A stretch of DNA of 57,912 nucleotides from Eubacteriales bacterium (GTDB taxonomy: Bacteria > Bacillota > Clostridia > Oscillospirales > CAG-272): the NCBI GenBank assembly GCA_045536065.1, contig JAZSMV010000008.1, positions 1 through 57,912 on the forward strand, in the 5' to 3' direction. Each line of letters begins with the position of its first letter. Within the stretch, counting starts at the first letter, position 1. Shown one piece after another: positions 19,474-26,714 of the stretch. The position numbers and the translations under genes are program-made. The notes under the pieces are model-generated. The model was not told where the DNA came from and searched no databases. It worked only from the letters and a program-made list of their open reading frames with translations.

Positions 19474-19798
19474 AAGATTGAGGTTAGTTTCCGAGTGTGA
19501 CCCGAAGCAGTATATCCCCGATCGTTTTTAGGCGGTGAATTTGAGATAGTTTGCTTGTTTGGATCCCGAAAGCGTATTTTCATACGTCGAGTGGTGACAA
19601 ACGAGGAAAATATCCAAATTTCACGCATAAAAAGCAGAAATTGAGATTATTTTTTCGAATGCGAACCGAAGCTGTATATCTGCGATTATTTTTAGGCGGT
19701 GAAATTTGAGTTGGTTTATTCGTTTGGAGCCCGAAGCTGTAGAAATCTACTGCGAGTGGTGACAAACGGAGAAAATAACCAAATTTCACGCATAAAAA
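19474..19798. repeat. Two tandem ~164-bp imperfect direct repeats in the GH2-to-transporter intergenic region
   Basis: Unit 1 is about 19474..19635 and unit 2 about 19636..19798. Shared blocks are TTGAG, CCGAAGC.GTATATC, TTTTTAGGCGGTGAA(A)TTTGAG, CGAGTGGTGACAAACG and CCAAATTTCACGCATAAAAA. Each unit contains complementary segments GCGGTGAAATTTG and CAAATTTCACGC about 70 nt apart. Confidence 0.8.
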
Positions 19799-21718
19799 TT
19801 ATGTCCAGTTGCCGCCGTTGGCAATCTTTTTGCTTAACTTATATATAGCATTGGGCTTTTCAACGTAACGAATCTTTATTTCGTCACGGCACTTGCCGTG
19901 TACTGCTACAAGCTTTACCTTGCCGGTAAGGGGAATGCGGAAGGTGAAGATCTTATCACCCTGCTGAGTGCCTACCTTCTCGCCGTTGGCATAAAGGGTA
20001 ACCTCGGGACAGTTGGAGTAGATTTTTACGGTAGTCTTCTTCTCCGCACGGTCAACGTAACGTCTGCCGCAGATATGTACGAAGGGATCCTTCGACCACC
20101 ACGCCTTATAGAGATAGAAGCTGTCCTTCTTTGTCTGTCTGTCAAAGGTAACAAGACCCTTGTGGTTCATACCGGGCTCGCCACCCTGATTTCTCGCATC
20201 GGCAGCGAAGTCAAACATATTCCAGAGATGAGTCGCCCACATGAAAGGACGCTTATCAAAGAACTTAAGCATATACTCGTTATACTTGCACTGATATTCC
20301 TCGGTCTGATCTCCACGTCTGGGATGAGAGGAATGAAGATTAGGCATACACTCGCAGCCGTACTCGGAATAACCGAGACAGCGGTTGGGATAACGGTGGT
20401 GGAAGTAGTCAACCCAAACGTTGTTAAGCCACATAAAGGGAGTGTACCAGCCTAGATAAAGGTTCCAGCTTACCACGTCGGACAGATGTCCTACACTGTC
20501 GAAGGGTGCACACATAGCGTAGCAGGCAAGAGTCGTAGGACGGCTGGGATCCCATTCGTGAATAAGATCGTTCAGCACTCTGTGATTATCCATCATATCG
20601 CCGTGCTTCTTGGTAGAAATGGTGATCTCGTTGGAGATACCCCAAACGCAGATAGAGGGGTGGTTATAGCACTGAACAAGCAGCTCCTTCATCTGACTGA
20701 TGGTGTTCTCTCTGCCGTTAGGCATGTGCTCGGAAATGTAAGGAATTTCCGCCCAGACAACCATACCGTACTTGTCGCAGAGATCATAGAAATACTGATC
20801 GTGCTGATAGTGAGCAAGACGAATAGTGTTGGCGCCGATCTCACGGATCATAGCCATATCGGTATCGTGATGCTCCTTGGTGATTGCATTACCAATGCCC
20901 TTCCAGTCCTGGTGACGGCAAACGCCACGGAGAGGATAGGACTTGCCGTTAAGGAAAAAGCCCTTATCGGCATCTATGCGGAAGGAACGGCAACCAAAAT
21001 TACAGGAAACTCGGTCGACTGCCTTGCCGTTTACAAACAGCACAGCCTCGCAGGTGTAGAGGTAAGGATCCTCTATTCCGTGCCAGAGATGTACCTTGTC
21101 GATAACTATGGTCTCGTCATCGTCATCCCCTGTGCCGACAATATTGCCATAAGCATCACGAAGCGTGATCTCAACACGGCCACTATCAGCATTGTGCCAG
21201 GTTCTTACCCAAACTGCAGCGTCCTCGCCTGCAACCTCGGGTCTTACCGCAAGTCCACGGCCGCCGAAGAAGTCAAGGTCAAAATGATATTTATTTACCA
21301 CAATAAGCTTTACGTCACGGTAAATACCACCGTAGAAGGTGAAGTCGGCCTTCTGAGGATATACTCTGTCATTAACCGAGTTATCAACCTCAACGGTCAT
21401 GTGGTTGGTTTTCTTTATATGATCGGTGATGTCCGCACGGAAGGTAGAGTAGCCGCCGTCGTGAGTCATAATCTCCTTGCCGTTCAAAACTACTCTCGCA
21501 GATGCGTTTACACCGTTGAATTCAAGGTAAACTCGCTCCTCGTCTGTAAAGGTGGGAGCGCTGAAGGTTTTTTCATAAGTACAGGTGCCACGGTAATAAT
21601 CGTTACCGCCATCCTGTCCGTCAAGATTATTCCAGGTGTGAGGAATATTTACTCTGCTCTCTGTTCCGTCATGATAACGAAACAGCCAGTCGCTGTTAAT
21701 AAGTTGCTCTTTTCTCAT
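19799..21718 (-). CDS. Glycoside hydrolase family 2 (beta-galactosidase / beta-galactofuranosidase-like)
   Basis: GH2 sugar-binding N-domain (IPHTWNNLDG, YRGTCTYEKTF), then NTIRLAHYQHD, WGISNEI (acid/base NE) and YSEYGCE (nucleophile region). Confidence 0.8.
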   Translation of the reverse strand: MRKEQLINSDWLFRYHDGTESRVNIPHTWNNLDGQDGGNDYYRGTCTYEKTFSAPTFTDEERVYLEFNGVNASARVVLNGKEIMTHDGGYSTFRADITDHIKKTNHMTVEVDNSVNDRVYPQKADFTFYGGIYRDVKLIVVNKYHFDLDFFGGRGLAVRPEVAGEDAAVWVRTWHNADSGRVEITLRDAYGNIVGTGDDDDETIVIDKVHLWHGIEDPYLYTCEAVLFVNGKAVDRVSCNFGCRSFRIDADKGFFLNGKSYPLRGVCRHQDWKGIGNAITKEHHDTDMAMIREIGANTIRLAHYQHDQYFYDLCDKYGMVVWAEIPYISEHMPNGRENTISQMKELLVQCYNHPSICVWGISNEITISTKKHGDMMDNHRVLNDLIHEWDPSRPTTLACYAMCAPFDSVGHLSDVVSWNLYLGWYTPFMWLNNVWVDYFHHRYPNRCLGYSEYGCECMPNLHSSHPRRGDQTEEYQCKYNEYMLKFFDKRPFMWATHLWNMFDFAADARNQGGEPGMNHKGLVTFDRQTKKDSFYLYKAWWSKDPFVHICGRRYVDRAEKKTTVKIYSNCPEVTLYANGEKVGTQQGDKIFTFRIPLTGKVKLVAVHGKCRDEIKIRYVEKPNAIYKLSKKIANGGNWT

Positions 21719-21814
21719 AGCAATCTCCTATAAGGATTAATGTTCTCCATATCGAAAACGCATAAATAATGGGCCTTAATTAAGTCGGAAGAAAAAAGGC
21801 CAATCTTTAGGGTT

Positions 21815-21849
21815 ACCCTCCGGAGCTGAAGCTCCGGAGGGTCTTTTTT
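21815..21849. terminator. Perfect 12-bp hairpin downstream of the GH3 gene
   Basis: ACCCTCCGGAGC-tgaa-GCTCCGGAGGGT followed by TTTTTT on the plus strand. On the minus strand the T-run is 17 nt away. Confidence 0.5.
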
Positions 21850-21861
21850 GTCAAATGAATA

Positions 21862-24819
21862 TTAATGCTTCTTGCGGAAGATGATGCAGCCACCAATACC
21901 AAGAACACCAAGAATTACGGTAGCGTAAGTGATGATGTTGATGATGTTAGGAGTAACTGCCTTAACGGTGGTCTCGGGACCAACGCCGTTCATAGCCGCA
22001 GAATTGATGATGGTGTAAAGGTTGTGGTGCATTGCCTCTACAAGTGCGTTGATAACAACGGGATCACCCTTGCCTGCAGTTGCCTTGAGGTCGTCAAGAG
22101 CAGAGGACATCATAGCGTCGAAGCAGGTGATACCACCGGCTACGATAGCAGCAGATGCGTCGCAGTAATCGGTAATGATGTTATCGGTGATGTGCATGGA
22201 GTTGTTGCCCCACTCACCACGCATGATACCGGTCATAAGGTTCTGGTTATAACCGGACCAGGTGGTACCCCAACGGGTGTAAGCGGTCATAACGCCACCA
22301 CGGCCGCCGTTCTCCTCAAGAGCCTTCTGGAATGCCTTGAGATAGATCTCACGAGCGGTCTGCTCGGTGAGCCATGCAGCCTGACCAAGACGGGTCTGCT
22401 CGGTGTCGTTAAGTGCAAAGTGCTTAAGAACTACGTCAATACCGTGATCGAGGAGAGCCTTAACCTCGGTGTATGCCATCTCGCCTGCAAGGAAGCCGTC
22501 CTCAGAGTAGTACTCGAAGTTACGTCCGCCATAAGGAGTACGGTGAGTGTTAGCGCCGGGGCCATAGAGACAGGAAACGCTTGCATCAAGGCAGTCGTTT
22601 GCGATCATAGTACCAACCTGGTACATAAGCTCGGTATTGAAGGTAGCAGCCATAACGTCCTCGGAGGTGAATGCGGTTGCCTCTGCAGACTTACCGTCCA
22701 TAGTAACAAGACCGCCGCCGAAGAGGGATACGGTAAGGCCCTGAGGACCATTCTCGTCACGGGAACCGGGAGCGTTTACAGAAGGAACTGCGTGTCTCCA
22801 GTGGAAGCAGTCGCCAACGGTGATAAGCTCGTCAACGGTAAGGTTCTCAAGGAGCTTATCCCATGCGGGATCGTCATAATCCTCGTTTGCCATAATGCCG
22901 TCGCCGTCCTCATCCATCTCGAACATATCATAGAGAGTAAGACCGTTCTTTGCGTCAAGGATAGGCATCTCGTGCCACTCCTCAGGAACCTCATAGAAGT
23001 TCTCGCCAAGAGTGCCCCAACGCTCGATAGCAAGCTCGTCAACCATCTTCTGGATGATCTCAAGCTTTACAGACTCGGTGGGCCAAGTGCCTTCCCAGTC
23101 GCTTCTGGAAAGGAAGGTAACGGTACCCTCGCCGAAGTACTTGTTAGGATCTGCGTGGTCGAGCTGATTAGAGATAGTGGTGCCGTTGAGAGACTTGCCG
23201 TAATTGAGATCTACAGCCTTCTCAGTCCAACCGGAAACAAGATCTGCATTACCCTCTGCGTCCATACCGTCAGCAACGCCCTTGCCAAGCTTAGCAAGAA
23301 TGTTGTTAACTGCAGCGTGAGAGTCGGTAGCAGCGGTCAGATAGTAATCACCGGGCTCGATGATGTATGTGCCAAAGCCGTATGCATCGTAGGATGCAAG
23401 GTCACGTCTGTCAACCTCGATGGTGATGGTCTCGGACTCGCCCTTAGCAATGATGCCGGTCTTGCCGAAGCCTATAAGCTGAACTGCAGCCTTTTCAATG
23501 TTGTTTGCAACGTCATAAGCGGTGTAAGGAGACTGAGCGTAAACCTGAACGGTTTCCTTACCTGCGTAGTCACCGTCGTTGTGAACGGTAACGGTTACAA
23601 GGTACTTATCGCTTTCAGCATCATACACAACAGTCATATCGCTGTAGCTGAATTCGGTGTAGGAAAGACCGTAACCGAAGGGGAATGCTACCTCGTTCTT
23701 GTACTGTGCAGCATAGCCTGCGGTGTTGCCGTTGCCCATAACTGCATCAAAGTATCTGGTCTCGTAGTACTTGTAGCCTACGTAAATGCCTTCCTGGTAT
23801 ACCATGTAGGTACTTGCAGCATCGGGAACCTGACCGTTGAAGTTGGTGTAGGTCTGAGCGATGTAGTTCTGCATTGCAGGAGAGGTGAGGTTGTCGTAGC
23901 AGTAGGTGTCAACAAGGCTACCCGAGGGGTTAACCTTACCTGCGAGGATGTCAGTAACAGCCTCGGTACCTGCGATACCAAGACCACCTACCCAAAGGCA
24001 AGCGTCAATGTTATACTCGTTGAGGAAATCAACCTCAAGAGCGTTAGAGGTGTTGATAAGAACGATGATCTTTGCACCGGTAGTCTTCTTTACTTCCTGA
24101 GCGTAAGCGAGAAGCTCTCTCTCGTTAGCGTTGAGCTCAAGGTAGTTAGCAGCATCTTCAGCGCCCTCGTAACCGGGGAAGGAGCAGTCATAGCCCTCAC
24201 CGCCAACACGGGAGAAGGTAATAACAAATGCGCCGGAGTATTCGTTTATAGAAGCCTTAACGTCTGCGGGATAGTTTGCGGGGTCGATCTCAAGGATAGG
24301 AGCCTGACCGCCGAGAAGTGCGTTTTCACCGCCGCTCTCACCGGTAGAAACTGCCTCCATAAGTGCAGCAGCATCTGCGGAGCCGTACCAATCCCAAAGA
24401 GTGGGGTTAACAGCAAAGCCGCTCTGCTCAAGTGCCTGCTTAAGATTAAGCGCCTTGGAAGCGTCTACGTTACCCGAACCGGTACCACCGTATGTAAGGT
24501 CAACCGAATTAACGGAAAGTGTAGATACCTTAGTGCCGGCTGCAAGAGGAAGTGCGCCATTATTAAGCAGAAGAGCTGCGCCCTCTGCCTCTACCTGGTA
24601 GCAGAGTGCCTCGCCTGCAGCGAGTCTCTCCTCCTGGCTAGCGTAATCGCCCTTGAAATAAACGGCGTTAGGATCTTTGTTTTCGAGTTCCCAGAAGGTA
24701 TTGCCTGCGATCAGAAGCGAAATGGTGTTGTCGAACATTCTAACAACAACATTCACGGGAATCATGATCACGAACAAAACCACAAGGATAACCGAAACAA
24801 TTTTGCCAAGAATTCTCAT
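21862..24819 (-). CDS. Glycoside hydrolase family 3 with permuted domain order and hydrophobic anchors at both termini
   Basis: N-terminal TM (ILGKIVSVILVVLFVIMIPVNVVV). The GH3 C-type alpha/beta-sandwich block (ACLWVGGLGIAGTEAVTDILAGKVNPSGSLVDTY, FPFGYGLSYTEF) and an Fn3-like block (VTVHNDGDYAGKETVQVYAQ) come before the catalytic barrel blocks (KHFALNDTE, SMHITDN). C-terminal TM (IITYATVILGVLGIGGCIIF-RKKH). Confidence 0.75.
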   Translation of the reverse strand: MRILGKIVSVILVVLFVIMIPVNVVVRMFDNTISLLIAGNTFWELENKDPNAVYFKGDYASQEERLAAGEALCYQVEAEGAALLLNNGALPLAAGTKVSTLSVNSVDLTYGGTGSGNVDASKALNLKQALEQSGFAVNPTLWDWYGSADAAALMEAVSTGESGGENALLGGQAPILEIDPANYPADVKASINEYSGAFVITFSRVGGEGYDCSFPGYEGAEDAANYLELNANERELLAYAQEVKKTTGAKIIVLINTSNALEVDFLNEYNIDACLWVGGLGIAGTEAVTDILAGKVNPSGSLVDTYCYDNLTSPAMQNYIAQTYTNFNGQVPDAASTYMVYQEGIYVGYKYYETRYFDAVMGNGNTAGYAAQYKNEVAFPFGYGLSYTEFSYSDMTVVYDAESDKYLVTVTVHNDGDYAGKETVQVYAQSPYTAYDVANNIEKAAVQLIGFGKTGIIAKGESETITIEVDRRDLASYDAYGFGTYIIEPGDYYLTAATDSHAAVNNILAKLGKGVADGMDAEGNADLVSGWTEKAVDLNYGKSLNGTTISNQLDHADPNKYFGEGTVTFLSRSDWEGTWPTESVKLEIIQKMVDELAIERWGTLGENFYEVPEEWHEMPILDAKNGLTLYDMFEMDEDGDGIMANEDYDDPAWDKLLENLTVDELITVGDCFHWRHAVPSVNAPGSRDENGPQGLTVSLFGGGLVTMDGKSAEATAFTSEDVMAATFNTELMYQVGTMIANDCLDASVSCLYGPGANTHRTPYGGRNFEYYSEDGFLAGEMAYTEVKALLDHGIDVVLKHFALNDTEQTRLGQAAWLTEQTAREIYLKAFQKALEENGGRGGVMTAYTRWGTTWSGYNQNLMTGIMRGEWGNNSMHITDNIITDYCDASAAIVAGGITCFDAMMSSALDDLKATAGKGDPVVINALVEAMHHNLYTIINSAAMNGVGPETTVKAVTPNIINIITYATVILGVLGIGGCIIFRKKH

Positions 24820-24902
24820 GTTATTCTCCTTTTTATTCAGGCATTGCCTGTTATTAATGTATTATTGCCATAAAATTGCACAGCAACCTTAACAGCACTT
24901 AA

Positions 24903-24931
24903 ATTATAACACACAAATATTTTATTGTCAA
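24903..24931 (-). promoter_or_regulatory. Promoter for the GH3 gene
   Basis: On the minus strand: TTGACA (24931..24926), a 17-nt spacer, then TATAAT (24908..24903). This lies about 85 nt upstream of ATG 24819. Confidence 0.55.
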
Positions 24932-25167
24932 TGTTATATCAATCAATAAAATTTGAAAGTTAAATATTTGTCACAACTGCACAAGATGTTAACTGCTTTT
25001 TTGGTACAGGTGTGTCACACTTTGCTGTTTTTTGTGTCAGTCAATTCATTTTTGAAATTGCAGGATAGCTAAAATATTTTTTCAGAGTTTTAATCAGTCG
25101 AAAGACAAAGGAAAATGTATTTTATGGCATTTATGACAACTATTATTGTCATTTTTGAGCATTTTTA

Positions 25168-25200
25168 ATAAAAAATCAGTCCCATCTTGCGACGGGACTG
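25168..25200 (-). terminator. Intrinsic terminator ending the ABC-transporter operon
   Basis: The minus strand reads CAGTCCCGTCGCAAGATGGGACTG followed by ATTTTTTATT. Confidence 0.6.
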
Positions 25201-25253
25201 ATAAAAATTTGTGTTAATTTTTGTTTAGAAATGACCGGTTCGGATCGCTCGTA

Positions 25254-25637
25254 CTATCGGTATAAAAGATACATCACAAGAGATACTACAAGGAAAAATG
25301 CACCGCAAATAAGCATAAATCCGAATTCGAATTTCTTCTTATGATGATCCTCCTTATAGTCATAATAGCTGGAATATTTCTTGCTATTATTCCTTTTGAA
25401 GATGTTCATAAAGGAGCCTACGGCGAACGCTAGTCCGTCAAAAGCGCCTTCATTTGTGGTGAAAACTAACAGACCTATGCCTGTGATAACCACTCCGACA
25501 GCAAAGAAAGCATCGCACAAAATGTGGAAAATCTCTATCGACTCGGTCTTACTGAAAATGTCCTTTAATGCTATAATAAGCAGAACAGCAAGCAATCCGG
25601 CGCCTATAGTTATTAAATACTTTTTAAGCGATCTCAT
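25254..25637 (-). CDS. DUF3899-like small membrane protein
   Basis: Starts MRSLKKYLITIGAGLLAVLLIIAL. Three or four TM segments with a K/Y-rich loop. Its ATG overlaps the TGA of the upstream ATPase gene (ATGA), which implies translational coupling. Confidence 0.5.
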   Translation of the reverse strand: MRSLKKYLITIGAGLLAVLLIIALKDIFSKTESIEIFHILCDAFFAVGVVITGIGLLVFTTNEGAFDGLAFAVGSFMNIFKRNNSKKYSSYYDYKEDHHKKKFEFGFMLICGAFFLVVSLVMYLLYR

Positions 25638-26713
25638 TCTTCTGTTTCCTGGCACTCCTTAACGTATTTTTCAAACTCCTCACTGTTACAAAGAACAAAG
25701 TGACCGGGAGTAACCTCTCTCATAGTAGGTCCTTCCTTGGAGTAGTCGTGATCAAGCACGGGGTTATATACTATTCTGGTTCTGTTCTTCTCGGTAATAG
25801 GATCGGGAAGAGGAATAGCAGATAAAAGCGAACGGGTATAGGGATGAAGAGGATGAGCAAACAGATCATCACTTGTAGCAAGCTCAACGATCTTACCGAA
25901 ATACATAACGGCAATTCTGTTGGAGAAGTACTTAACGACAGCAAGGTCGTGTGCGATGAAGAGAATGGTAAGACCCATCTTCTCACTAAGGTCATTAAGA
26001 AGATTAATAACCTGCGCCTGAATAGAAACGTCAAGAGCGGAGATAGGCTCGTCGGCGATGATAAGCTCGGGGTTCATAATAACCGCTCTCGCAATACCGA
26101 TACGCTGACGCTGACCGCCGGAGAACTCGTGAGGATAACGTGTTGCGTGCTCACGAACAAGGCCAACAGTCTCAAGCATCTTATATACCTGCTCGTCGAT
26201 AAACGCCTTGTCCTTGATACCTCTGATGATAAGACCCTCAGCAATAATATCTCTAACCGTCATACGAGGGTCAAGAGAGGAGTCGGGATCCTGGAAGATC
26301 ATCTGGATCTCGTTTGTAAGAGCATTCTTACCGTTTGTACGGGACCATCTGCGGTGATCTGCATTGGCCTCCTTGATAAAAGCGGTGTTCTCGGCTACAA
26401 TGCTGTCAAGCTGTTCCTTAGAGATCCTGTTCTCCTTATAGCTCTTGCGTGCAGTCTTAATGGCGTCCTTATAGCTACGGGTACCTGCGCAGATACGCTG
26501 GCCCTTATAGTATACCGAACCGCCGGTGATGTCGTAGAGTCTAATGATGGATCGACCGGTAGTGGTCTTACCGCATCCGGACTCACCAACAAGACCGAAA
26601 ACCTCACCCTTGTAGATATCGAAGCTAACGTTATCTACCGCCTTGAGCTCAAACTTGCCCATCTTGAAATACTGCTGGAGATTCCGAACACTTAATAATA
26701 CTTCTTTTTCCAT
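25634..26713 (-). CDS. Opp/Dpp-type ABC transporter ATP-binding protein (OppF-like) with a ~55-aa insertion
   Basis: Contains GESGCGKTT (Walker A), FSGGQRQR (signature), IIADEPISALD (Walker B), and a C-terminal oligopeptide-type tail (HPYTRSLL). There is extra sequence between Walker A and the Q-loop (IQMIFQDP). Confidence 0.85.
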   Translation of the reverse strand: MEKEVLLSVRNLQQYFKMGKFELKAVDNVSFDIYKGEVFGLVGESGCGKTTTGRSIIRLYDITGGSVYYKGQRICAGTRSYKDAIKTARKSYKENRISKEQLDSIVAENTAFIKEANADHRRWSRTNGKNALTNEIQMIFQDPDSSLDPRMTVRDIIAEGLIIRGIKDKAFIDEQVYKMLETVGLVREHATRYPHEFSGGQRQRIGIARAVIMNPELIIADEPISALDVSIQAQVINLLNDLSEKMGLTILFIAHDLAVVKYFSNRIAVMYFGKIVELATSDDLFAHPLHPYTRSLLSAIPLPDPITEKNRTRIVYNPVLDHDYSKEGPTMREVTPGHFVLCNSEEFEKYVKECQETEE

Positions 26714-26714
26714 A

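Noticed and set aside
19580-19789. 69-aa minus-strand ORF with an internally repeated peptide (KFGYF.RLSPL)
   Set aside because: It lies wholly within the tandem 164-bp DNA repeat, and the peptide repeat just mirrors the DNA repeat. It has no SD and overlaps the complementary helix-forming segments, so a structured non-coding element is more plausible.
19474-19798. CRISPR array
   Set aside because: There are only two long (~164 bp) contiguous units with no unique spacers, and no cas genes in the window. No other region shows short regularly spaced repeats.
21865-24873. 1002-aa plus-strand ORF
   Set aside because: It is antisense to the GH3 gene, whose product carries clear GH3 blocks. The plus-strand product is Val/Gly/Cys-rich junk, and it extends through the GH3 promoter region.
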